Positions 1 through 16,109 of a stretch of DNA of 64,000 nucleotides are shown here, piece by piece (the stretch's first letter is position 1; the number at the start of each line of letters is the position of its first letter). This DNA is from Eledone cirrhosa (lineage: Eukaryota). The notes under the pieces are model-generated. The model saw only the letters and a list, made by a program, of their open reading frames with translations. It did no database searches and was not told the DNA's origin. The DNA is taken from NCBI GenBank assembly GCA_964016885.1, contig OZ024744.1:41168001-41232000 (forward strand), written 5' to 3'. The position numbers were made by a program, and so were the translations under genes.

Positions 1-332
1 CTACCTTGAAATCAATTTATATAACCTCCAGTACCTATTTTTCAATTGTGGTACTTATTTTATCGATCACCTTTTGTTGAATTGCTATGTTGCAAGACAA
101 ACACAGACAGACACAAACAAAGGGAGACATGGATGCACACACACACATGACTTTTCTCAAATGTACTTGAGGATTTGGAAAATATATAGCATTTTCTCAA
201 GTACACATTGGCTGAGTAGCCTCATTTGCATACTGAGCAAGTTACGGGTGGGCTTGCTGAGAACTAAAAATAAAATTAGAATTTTATTTCTCACCCTAGC
301 ACAGCTGATACATAAATGTAAGTATGTATATG

Positions 333-393
<61 letters not shown>

Positions 394-516
394 ATATATA
401 CATATACATATGTACATATGGGTTACATCAAATATTAACAATAATATTTGATTTGTTTGTAAACAATAAAATTCTAATTTTATTTTTAGTTTTCGTACAC
501 ACACACATATTCACAC

Positions 517-547
<31 letters not shown>

Positions 548-642
548 CACACACATACAAAAAGTAAACGGAAACAACATAGCAAATAACACAGTACAAT
601 GAAGAAATATATTAGTTTAATGCTTGATATAGTAGAAGAAAA

Positions 643-680
643 GTATTTATGTTTTGGACACTAGTCCTTCATCAGAACAT
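643..680 (-). ncRNA. Degenerate minimal type I hammerhead motif
   Basis: Minus strand reads ATGTT-CTGATGA-A-GGAC-TAGT-GTCC-AAAA-C-ATA; GAAA is mutated to AAAA and stem I pairs weakly. Confidence 0.35.
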
Positions 681-1057
681 AGAATGAAAAAGTAAGATGG
701 AGAGTGAAAACAGGAAGGAACAGTTTCTGTCTCCTAAATTTAATTCACACTGCATTAGTCAAGCTGAGATTATAGTAGAAATTACTTGTCCATGATGCTT
801 TGCAGTGAGACTGAACTTGAAAGCAAATGACTGCAAAGCAATCTCTTTAACTACACTTTCAGCCCTGCACATATATGTGTGCACATGTGAGTGTGGCAGC
901 ATGGCTGTGTTTGTGTACACTTTATATTTAATAAATACTTGAGAAAGGTGTTTTCAAAAGAAGGAGCAGCTGTAGATTTACAAAGTCTAAAGTTTCTTAA
1001 CCCTTCAGCATTTAAACTGGCTATGGCTATATCCAGCCAGTATTCTCTCATCCCTTT

Positions 1058-1922
1058 CTGTTCAAACTGATGGTATCCTGTGTCAGAGAAACGCTTTGGA
1101 ACTTCTGGAACTCTCACAGTCTTATCCGGCCCTCGCAATTTGGATTTATCCCCAATACCAGCTGCTGTGATCAACTTATCGAGTTTCTTGAAGACATCAC
1201 CCGGATCACTGATGGCGATCATGGGTGGATTTTGTTTACCTTGACTTTGCTAATGCTTTCAATTCTGTGCCACACAAAAAACTTATGGTAAAACTCTCTG
1301 CAATGGGTGTGAAGAATGATCTTTTTAACTGGTTAAAGTCCTTCATTCTCAGTCGAAGAGTGGTAGTCACGGTTCTAGGACAGCATGCCTCACCATATGA
1401 GATGTCAACTGGTGTACCACAGGGATCTGTTCTTGGCCCCCTTTTGTTTGTGGCATATATTAATGACAGAGATGCCAACTTAAAGAATGCCACAGTACTG
1501 AAATATCCAGATGACATCAAGCTGTACCTTGAGATAAACAGGACAGATTCTGAAAACTATAGATCTTGCCTGCAATCTGACCTGGACACAATGCAACAAT
1601 GGATCACAGACTGGCAACTCAAGCTGGCTGTGGACAAGTGTACCACCATGCATTTTGGGAGTAAAAACCCAGTGTCCACATACTCCCTCCACAACACTAA
1701 TAACAAGAAGTCTTCTTATAAACGTGACCTGGGCATTATGGTCAGCAGCGATTTACATTGGACGAAGCACGTCACTAAAATTGTCAAGAAGGCCAAAGGT
1801 GTCTTAGCATCACTCAGCAAGACCATTGTCAGCCGCTCTCCAGCTATCTATTTAAAGCTGTATGTAGCTATGGTGCGACCACATTTAGAATTTGCATCAC
1901 CAGTCTGGAACCCCTATCTTGG
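1058..1922 (+). mobile_element. CR1/L2-like LINE, RT fragment
   Basis: ORFs 1070-1291 and 1225-1929 contain QFGF, VYLDFANAFNSVPH, GVPQGSVLGPLLF, YPDDIK (degenerate YADD), RDLGI and VRPHLEFASPVWNPYL. Confidence 0.85.
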
Positions 1923-2689
1923 ACGATGATGATGATGAAGATACAGACATTGAATATGACATCTTTTATAAGGGCTACACAAAATATATCCATGAGCTAG
2001 ACAATTTATTTAATGTTGCTCCAGTCTACTCAACAGGAAAAATGAGTTGTACCTGTAATTCAAAGGGTTGCCTTTATCATATACAGTACCATGCTGAATT
2101 TCCTTGTGAACTATGTTATGAGTACATTACATGTGTCTGGAATGCTCAGTCAATCGCTTAATTTTACAAGCAATCTGTTCTATACATCAAACAACTGGAA
2201 CATTTATTAGAATTGACAGAGCTCCAGCTTATTAAGTCCTTAGAGGGGTGGGGTATAATTAAGATTTTGTGTGAACTTAATCCCATAAAAATGTCTCCAG
2301 CATGATTAAAGTTAAGAAATTTCTATAGAAATAAAAGAATCTACATGAGAGATAACTGCATAAATAAATATCAGTATTGATTTCTTACAATTGCACAAAG
2401 ACAGAAATTGTGTCAGGGATGTATAGTTGATTATATTAACACCTGACTTAGTCAACCCATGCCAGTTGAAGTTGCAGGGGAACTGTATCAAGTCACAAAG
2501 AGTATGACAAAAATGTTGATACCAAGAAACACATGCTTGATAAACATTAATTTAAAGTTAATCATTTTTAAATGACTTTCATGATGTAATTACCATTCTG
2601 TGATCAATAATATAAAGTACCAGACAAGTAGTGAGGTCAATATGTTAGAATCAAACTTACTAGCACTTTCATCTCTAAGTTTACTATAA

Positions 2690-3440
2690 GGCCTTTTGAC
2701 TCCAAGCCTTGTTTCCAAGCCTGGAATTTTCTTTCTGACTCCCCTAGTGTTTCAGCTATGAAAAGTAGATTATCTACATACTGGAGTTCATAAAGACAAC
2801 CAATCTTAAACTCCTTTGATATCAGTTATAAAATCAAAATAAATAACAGGTGACAGATGGCTGAACCTTGGTTCACCACTATACACATTCCTGACACTCA
2901 CCTTACTGACATACCCCCCCCCCCATACATTGCTGGTACAGCTATAACAAACCATTCATCTACTCTTAGCTTCTGTTTATCTTAGTTTTTATAACTCTGT
3001 TCAAAGCACTATTCTACCACCAAATAACTCTCCATGTTGTTGGGACCTTACCCCAATCAGATGGTAACTGTTGCACTTAGTAAGTTGTCCTGTAGAAACT
3101 CCTAATTGTCCACTATGTTAGATGCTTCTATCTTCTCCTTCCTCTTGCTATATACATCAATTAGAACTTCTCTGAATCATTGGCCAACCAAGAGTTCTTT
3201 CAGCATCCATATCTCCTACTACATATTGTCTTATGTCTTTGGATCTATATAGCTCTTATTATAAAGTCACTAATCACTGGTCTGTGTTGGCTGGTACATT
3301 TTTTTCAACTTCCATATATTCCCTCTCCATCTAGGTTAGAAAACATTGGTGTATGCTGGCTGGCATATTCTTCACCAAGAACAGGCTCAGGATTTATAAC
3401 CATCTGCCTATCTTGTATCCTGATAAGAATAAAGACTGTC
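2690..3440 (-). mobile_element. Highly degenerate RTE-clade fragment
   Basis: Reverse strand resembles the RT segments (GLESKGL, YVDNL, HQGS-like) of the other RTE copies in this window; many stops. Confidence 0.5.
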
Positions 3441-3519
3441 TAGCTTGTGAGTGGTCAGTGGTCTGTTTCTTGAAGTTTTCATTGCAGATTTCCAGGTCAT
3501 TAGCATAAACTTATAAACA

Positions 3520-3783
3520 GAACATATATACATACAGTCACTGCAGATCCACTGTGGACTCTTTCGGCCTCCACCCGCTTTCCTGTTGCTACAGTGCTGG
3601 CCACCTTCCATACCATACTGCCCACAACGAAGTCATAAAGCATGGCTTGGATGCTGCAGGCTTTCCCTCCCAGCTCGAGCTGGTGGGGATGGACCGAGGG
3701 GCCAGACGGTATGACCATCTTCCCATTCCATGGTGGCAAACCCTTCGTCTGGGATGCTACTTGCAGCGACACATTCTCCACTA
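3520..3783 (+). mobile_element. CRE-like non-LTR element, C-terminal zinc knuckle/RLE fragment
   Basis: Two frames give HPLSCCYSAGHLPYHTAHNEVIKHGLDAAGFPSQLE and PDGMTIFPFHGGKPFVWDATCSDTF, typical of CRE-clade PD-(D/E)xK endonuclease ends. Confidence 0.7.
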
Positions 3784-4425
3784 TTGGTGGTGTTGGTGTT
3801 GTCAGTGTTGGTGATGGTGTTGTTGGTGTTGGTGATGGTGAGGATATTGGTGTTGTTGTTGGTATTGTTGTTGATGTTGGTGGTGTTGGTGCTGTTGGTG
3901 CTGCTGTTGGTGATAGTGTTGATGTTGGTGATGGTGTTGGTGGTGGTGGTGTTGGTGTTGGTGTTGTTGGTGTTGGTGTTGTTGGTTTTGGTGTTGTTGT
4001 TGGTGTTGTTGGTGATGGTGTTGTTGATGTGGTTGTTGGTGTTGGTGGTAGTGTTGGTGTTGGTGTTGATGGTGTTGGTATTATTGGTGTTGTTGCTGCT
4101 GCTGCTTAGTGTTGGTGATGGTGTTGTGTTGTTGTTGGTAATGGTAGTACAATTGAAATTGTTGTGTTTGATGTTGGTGTTGGTGGTGGAGTTGGTGTTG
4201 GTAATGGTGGTGGTGTGTATGGTGGTGTAGTAATAGATGTTGTTGTTGATGATAGTGGTGGTGGTGTTGATGATGTGGTGGTGGTGGTGGTGATGGTGGT
4301 GGTGGTGGTGATGGTGATGGTGTGGTGGTGGGGTGGGGTGGGGTGTGGTGGTGGTGATGGTGGTGATCATGGTGGTGGTGATGAGAGTGGTTTCGAATCA
4401 AAGATGATGATAATGGATGATGATT
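3783..4425. repeat. (GGT/GTT/GAT)n low-complexity trinucleotide tract
   Basis: Directly visible; explains the poly-Val/Thr/His ORFs. Confidence 0.95.
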
Positions 4426-4924
4426 GATCTGAATATGATGAGAAAAGTGAGAGCAATAACACCTACACAATGGTATTTTAGTATAAAAGTTATTTGTTCA
4501 TTGAAAAATGTTCATTGAAAAATATGGTCAGTTGCAGCATTTCTTTGGCAAGTGGTACTGTCTCTTGGATCTCCATCAATACAAGATTGATGACGTTTCC
4601 AAATGATTGAAATATCACACATATCACACACTCACACACACATAAACACAGGCACACTCATCCACATACACACATATGTACATACACACACATACACACA
4701 TACACATATACACGCACACACTCATACATACACACATAAACATATACACACATACACACACATACATACACAACCACATACACATACAGACACACCAGTC
4801 CAGTCAAATAAACATTCATAATAAATTCTCTAATCATTTGTTGTTATCAAAATCAATAAGTCAACAACAGTACATATAAATAACATATAAATAACATACA
4901 AATAATATATGTATATATATATAT

Positions 4925-5292
4925 ACGTCCGCTATTCCCTGCTTGCAAGGGTGGGACGGGAACTGATTCTGGCTTGATTTCTACAGCTGGATGCCCTTCC
5001 TAACACCAACGTCATTTACAGTGAGTGCTGGGTTCTCTTATTCCGTGGCGCCTCCACGTCCATTTTACAGTGTGGGCTGGGTGCTTTTTTGCCATAGCAC
5101 CTCCACGACCACTTTGCAGTGGAATGATAGGGACCCCAGTCCCTATCATCTCATTTCTACAGCTGAGTAAACTGGAGCAATGTGAAATAAAGTGTCTTGC
5201 TCAAGGAAACAACACATCACCCGGTCTGAGAATTGAACTCACAACCTTTCGATTGCAAGGCCAATGCTCTAACCACTAAGCCATGTGCCTTC
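4925..5292 (-). mobile_element. tRNA-derived SINE (family A) with RTE-like 3' end
   Basis: Minus strand has an A box TGGCTTAGTGG, a B box GAGTTCAATTCTC, a central CCTTGAGCAAGACACT, and a 3' CCCACCCTTGCAAGCAGGGAA shared with the RTE ends at 43081 and 51130. Confidence 0.85.
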
Positions 5293-5302
5293 ATATATAT
5301 AT

Positions 5303-5391
<89 letters not shown>

Positions 5392-5414
5392 TACATATAT
5401 ACATACATACATAT

Positions 5415-5482
<68 letters not shown>
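5293..5482. repeat. (CA)n/(TA)n compound microsatellite
   Basis: Directly visible. Confidence 0.95.
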
Positions 5483-5486
<4 letters not shown>

Positions 5487-5492
5487 CCACTG

Positions 5493-6044
5493 CATTCCCT
5501 GTCTTGCTCAGAACGTTGACTGCCTGGAAACTGTTCAGAGACGTGCAACCAAGCGAATACCCTCCATCGGGCATCTACCATACTCTGAATGCCTTGCTTC
5601 CCTGGGCATGGATACATTGAAGTTCTGACGTCTGGCAAATGACTTGGTAAACACCCACAAAATTATTAACCATCTTGCCAACAACAACACTGAGTACCTT
5701 TTTGATGTCCATGTGTCTAACACACGTAGGCATGCCCCCAAAGTCAGAAAACAACACAGCTCCATGACTTTCGGAAACATTTTTTCACGCTCATAGTTGC
5801 TGAAGCATGGAACAAACTCCCTGCATCAGTTGTTAGCTGTCGAGACAATGCATCCTTTAAAACCTCCATGCTTCCTGAGATTCGCCAACACTACACCTTA
5901 TATTACCCCTCCATACATACGCACACATGTATTTCATGACACATACACTATTCACTTCCCTGACATTTGTATATTATAAATGCACCTTTGACGAGTTGTA
6001 GTGCACCTGATCACTGTACACAATAATTTCATTATTATTATTAT
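5493..6044 (+). mobile_element. CR1-like LINE 3' end with (TTA)n tail
   Basis: Translates as CLAQNVDCLETVQRRATKRIPSIGHLPYSECLASLGMDTLK...DLVNTHKII, a CR1 ORF2 C-terminus; ends in ttcattattattattat. Confidence 0.8.
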
Positions 6045-6054
6045 AAAACCAGCC

Positions 6055-6182
6055 CTTTACGTTCTGAGTTCAAATCCCGTCGAGGTTGACTTTGCCTTTC
6101 ATCCTTACGGGGTCGATAAAATAAAGTACCAGTAATGTACTGGATAATTGCTGGCCTTGTGCCAAAAGTAGAAACAATTATT
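6055..6182 (+). mobile_element. 5'-truncated tRNA-derived SINE (family B) with TSD
   Basis: B box GAGTTCAAATCCC; ends GGCCTTGTGCCAAAAGTAGAAACAATTATT; flanked by a duplicated ataaaaccagcc. Confidence 0.8.
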
Positions 6183-6374
6183 ATAAAACCAGCCATAACC
6201 GGCTGCTTACACTAATGTTAAGGTATTGTTTTAAAAATAAATAATATCAAAATCTCATAGATTTGATATTATGTGAGATACTTATGTGAAGTAAAGTGTT
6301 TACTGTGAAAATATAATAGTAAATATAGAGTAATGTAAATGCTAAAGGATTAAGATAAAGATTAATGCATATAC

Positions 6375-8289
6375 AATCTTCTGTTTATGCTTATTCTATG
6401 AGATGCTAATGCACACTACCTCCCAAATAACTGACAGCGACTACTTAGTTATTGGTGGCGATCTAAACGGTCATGTTGGACAACATAGTGATGGCTATGA
6501 TGGAATCCATGGAGGCTGTGGGGTTGGAAATAGAAATGTGGGTGGGCTTCAGAATCCTGGAATTCTGTTACGCTAATAACCTAACCATCTGTAACACAAA
6601 CTTCAAAAAACGTGAAAACCACTTGATCACCTATAGATCAGGGGAATACGCCAGCCAGATAGATTATATCCTTACTAGAAGATGGGACAAAGTGTCTGTT
6701 GTAAAAACTAAATCCCTCCGCCGTGAAGAATGCACCTCCCAACATAGCCTAGTAGTTAGTGACCTCATAGTTAGGAATAGATGTACACGACGACAGAGGA
6801 GGACTATCTTGAGGAGAAGAATATGGAAGTTGAAAGACCCTATAGCCAGTGACAAATTTAAAAGCTTATTACTTGATGCCTTTGACAATAAGGAAGAGCA
6901 ATTAGAGACGTGTGATATAGAGGAAGAGTGGCAGTTTTTGAAAGTGAACCTGCTGAAAGCAACGGATGAAATCTGTGGCTGGAGCAGACCTATTGGCAGG
7001 AGGAGAGTAACATGGTGGTGGACAGTAAGGTAGAAGAGACAACCAAGGCCAAAAGCAGGCTTGGAAAGTATGGCAGGATGGAGGAAGTAGAGAGCACTAT
7101 CAAGTGGCCAGGAGAGAAGCTAGGAGACAAGTGTACCTTGCAAAAAGGGAAGCAGAGGAAGAAAGTTCAAGCATGTTCTACAACATGAGGACCAAAAACG
7201 TGAGGTGTTCAAGATTTTTAGGCAATGTGTCAAGGAAAAGCGTGATATTGTCGGGGAGAAGTGTGTCCGTAATGATAACGGTGTACTTGCGCTCACTGAT
7301 ACTGATAAGAAGATAGCCTGGAAGTGTCACTATGAGAGACTATTAAATGAGGAGAATAAATGGGAAAAAGATAGTCTGCCCCAAATCGATCCAATAGAAG
7401 GACCAGCGGTGCAAGTTAAAGTATAGTATAATAAGTAAGGCAATCAAAGATATGAAGACAGACAGACAAGGCAGCTGGGCCTTTGGAGATAGTTGCTGAG
7501 ATGTTGAAGGCATCTGGAATGGTGGGACATACTATGGTCACCCGTATAGTTAACTAAGTAATAGAGAATGGGATCATACCAAAAGACTGGCATAGCAGCA
7601 TCATCATTAACTGCTACAAGGGTAAAGGAGATGCTCTAGATAGAGGAAACTATAGAGGCATTAAGTTAGTTGACCAGGTCATGAAGGTCACAGAAAGAGT
7701 TATAGCGCAACTAATCAGAAAGCGAATTGATCTAGATGAAATGCAGTTTGGGTTTGTGTCAGGTAAAAGTAGCACAGACGCTCTTTTCCTTGTACAACAA
7801 CTACAAGAGAAGTACCTAGCTAAAAGTAAACCCCTCTACTTAGCTTTTGTAGACCTGGAGAAAGCCTTTGACAGAGTCCCCCGCTCCATTATCTGGTGGG
7901 CTCTTAGAAAACTAGGTGTAGATGAATGACTTGTGAGAGCTATACAAGCTATGTATAATGAAACAGTCAGTAAGGTTAGAATTAACAATGAATATTGTGA
8001 AGAATTTAGTGTAAAGGTTGGCGTTCATCAAGGCTCTGTCCTTAGCCCCCTCCTATTTATTATTGCCCTTCAGGCTATAACAGAGGAGTTCAAGACTGGC
8101 TGTCCATGGGAACTTTATATGTGGCCGATGCTTAGGTGCAATAATTAGCAAGTGTCCACAGGATACTAGCTCATTCCATTGCCCAGATGGTTCTATAGAA
8201 ATAGTAGACAGTTTCCGTTACCTGGGTGATAAAATCAGCAGTGGAGGAAGGTCTTCTGAAAGTACAGTAGCCAGAGTCAGACGGCATAG

Positions 8290-8290
<1 letters not shown>
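6375..8290 (+). mobile_element. RTE-clade LINE, APE-RT fragment (disrupted)
   Basis: GGDLNGHVG, SQIDYIL, SQHSLVVSD (APE); YKGKGDALDRGNYRGIKL, QFGF, FVDLEKAFDRVPR, GVHQGSVLSPLLF (RT). Confidence 0.9.
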
Positions 8291-8323
<33 letters not shown>

Positions 8324-8329
<6 letters not shown>

Positions 8330-9730
8330 TAAAATAACAGATTAAAGTTTGAGCAAAGAATCGCTGCGTCTTTACATGCATACCCATTCTTTTCGTTACC
8401 CTCTAAGAAGGAATATGACGTCACTTTCAGCTTTCTGGAGTCTAAAAGTTACACTGGGAGATCATGGGAAATAAAAGACCATGTGACCTCTGCGCCGCTG
8501 AGGCCCTGGAAATACTGTACGCCACAGACCACATCTTAAACAAAAAATCTGAGGCAATTTCGGCTTGTAAACATAAATTACACAAAACTTTCCTGTATTA
8601 CAGCCCCACATTATACCCTAACGGTTAGTACGATCTATACGTGGATATTCGACGTCTTGATGTGGTAGCTAAGTATATGTTATGTTTATACCATTACTTA
8701 TTTGCATAGGTAAGTATATATAACCTGTATGTGTTGTGAAGGTACGTTTACTTTCTCGTACGTATATTTGATTGTATATGTTATGGCGTATGATTTTATA
8801 TATTCTGGTACATATGGTTTGGTTATGTGTATACGGGAGTTTTGCGTCTGTGTGAGTATGCAGGTTCGTATGTATGTAGGGTGTGAGTATATGTGTACTT
8901 CATATTTTGGTTGACATACGTATCCGAACATTTGTGTATTTACATGTAGGTATGTGTGTGCGCTTGTTATATACGTATTTATTTATTTATATACGTTTAT
9001 TTATTTATTTATTTATTTATTTGTATACACGCACACACACACATATTTATATGTGCGTGGTTTTGTATACCTATGGCAAGTGTTTTCGCGTATGCTTGTG
9101 TATGTACGTATTTGTATGCGTGTATGTATTTATTTAATTTCTATTACCTCTGTATTGTATTTTTTTACTTTATTCTTAACTCTGAAGCGGAGATTCTTTC
9201 GGTTTCCTAGTTAGAATTTTAGTCTACGACTTCAGTTATACCATTTACGTGCATTTGTCTTTGCGTGAAATTGTTCTCCACGCTCCACATATGACGTATT
9301 ATCTTCGTTTTTTCCGTTCATTGCCAGAGAACGTCTCTATGAACCACCTAAGAGAATATTAGTCTACGACTTATTTTATACCATAAACGTGGTTCTGTCT
9401 TTGCGTGTAATTGTTTTTCACCGCTCCAAATAATGACGTATTATATTCGTTTTTTTCTGTTCTTTGCCAGGGAACGTTTCCACGAACCAAAGTATCGTCT
9501 TCCTGTCTTCCTCCGGTTGCAACGTTTTTTGAAATATTCACTTCTGCGTTCACAGATTGACTTTGTTAGTTTTTAGAAGATCCCGTTAAGGGTGAAAGCA
9601 TCGATTCTTTGCTTAAACTTTAATCTGTTATTTTAATAAATATTTGCTCTACGGTTCTTATATATTTGATATATATTTATCCTTATCGAGCCCTCTTTGG
9701 ATTTTAGTCTTCAAATTTATTATTATTACT
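8324..9730 (+). mobile_element. Penelope-like element 3' fragment (Neptune-type GIY-YIG end, pLTR, short 5' inversion)
   Basis: ~8467-8600 encodes GNKRPCDLCAAEALEILYATDHILNKKSEAISACKHKL (CxLCxxE..LNKxSE..CxH). 8324-8365 is an inverted copy of 9600-9645. Flanked by (TA)n; the same terminal sequence recurs at 31631-31935 and 52191-53128. Confidence 0.75.
9553..9627 (+). ncRNA. Full-size type I hammerhead-like motif with variant core
   Basis: CAGATTGA..AGTTT(T)-TAGAAGA-TCCC/GGGT-GAAA-GCA/TGC-TT-AAACT-TTAATCTG. Confidence 0.55.
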
Positions 9731-9914
9731 ATATATATATATATATATATATTGTTATACTTTGGGAGGGTCATGTTGCCAATAAGAAACACCAGCACCA
9801 GCTGCTTTCACTTCAATTTATTATATATTTATAAATTTATAAATTTACAAATCTACAAACTTATAAATTTCTGGTTGGTTGGTTGGTTCCACAACCAGAT
9901 AGTTGTTTGTATAT

Positions 9915-9959
9915 AGTCATAGTCCTTTCGTCACACACTCTGTGACCTCTTCAGTGACT
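9915..9959 (-). ncRNA. Minimal type I hammerhead ribozyme (PLE pLTR)
   Basis: AGTCA-CTGAAGA-G-GTCACA/TGTGAC-GAAA-GGAC-TA-TGACT. Confidence 0.75.
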
Positions 9960-10534
9960 GGGGATTCCTTTCTTTGTTTCTGTGCCTTTCCTTTCTTCTG
10001 TCCTACGCCATTTTGTTTCTGTGTGTGTGTTGTGTGCTCAGTTTGCGCATGCGCCACATCCGGGTGTCTGTGTGGGTTTGTGTTCATTTATCTATTTGTT
10101 TATTTATTTACATGTTGTTGGTTGGTTGTTTGTTCTATGTGTGTGTGTGTTTTCATTTTGTCCTTAATTGTAAGTTGTGATGTTGCTGTTCCACTCATAT
10201 TTTCTATTTAATTTTGGTTGTAATTCTTTTATGCTTACTGCCTCTGTAATTTGCCTAAACATTGCATCTTTTCTGTGTGTGGATTCTATTTTTATTTCTA
10301 TGTTCTCTAATTTACCCTTGTGTTCTATCTTAGCATGTTGGTAGAGTACAGATGATTCTTTATTATCTTGAAGGTCTCGCCAGTGTTCATTTATTATCAT
10401 AGATAAATGAACACAAACACACACAGACACCCGGATGTGGCGCATGCGCAAACTGAGCACACAACACACACACAGAAACAAAATGGCGTAGGACAGAAGA
10501 AAGGAAAGGCACAGAAACAAAGAAAGGAATCCCC

Positions 10535-10579
10535 AGTCACTGAAGAGGTCACAGAGTGTGTGACGAAAGGACTATGACT
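10535..10579 (+). ncRNA. Minimal type I hammerhead ribozyme (inverted copy)
   Basis: Same motif as 9915-9959 on the opposite strand. Confidence 0.75.
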
Positions 10580-10799
10580 ATATATAAACAACTATCTGGT
10601 TGTGGAACCAACCAACCAACCAGAAATTTATAAGTTTGTAGATTTGTAAATTTTTAAATTTATAAAAATATAATAAATTGAAGTGAAAGCAACTGGTGCG
10701 TGTGTTTCTTATTGGCAACATGACCCTCCCAAAGTATAACAATATCGGTTTCAACACACGATTTCAGATAAAGAATCTTGCTAAACAAATTCAAAAACG

Positions 10800-15812
<5,013 letters not shown>

Positions 15813-15834
15813 AATAATAATAATAATAATAATG

Positions 15835-15866
<32 letters not shown>
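15813..15866. repeat. (AAT)n spacer between tandem Tx1 copies
   Basis: Directly visible. Confidence 0.95.
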
Positions 15867-15867
<1 letters not shown>

Positions 15868-16109
15868 TTTTCTTTATTAACCACAAGGGTTCACATAAAG
15901 TAGACATTAAGGACAGTACAGGACAATACAGGACGGTACAAATGGGCATTTCTGCGTGTAAAAAAACAGAGGTTGAAATAAAATAACAAAGAAAAATTCC
16001 CCAATAGGGGGGAGACTTCCAAGGGACATTTGTGGAGAAAGCCCATTAAAAGACCACAGTGGCCCTGACCACCAGGGCAAGTGCCCTCTCCCAGTTTTCC
16101 ACCTTTAAT

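Noticed and set aside
74-602. ORFs with YIYI/THTH/CVCV runs (also at 5217-5638, 53779-54355 and 57136-57569)
   Set aside because: Translations of (TA)n and (CA)n microsatellites
1925-2161. 89-aa Cys-containing ORF as a host exon
   Set aside because: No recognisable domain or splice structure; it starts in a CR1/(GAT)n junction
3633-4470. Poly-His/Thr/Val ORFs (also at 33963-34438)
   Set aside because: Products of trinucleotide low-complexity DNA
5235-5292. tRNA gene calls for A/B-box sequences
   Set aside because: They are SINE heads: no full cloverleaf, and each is followed by a SINE body
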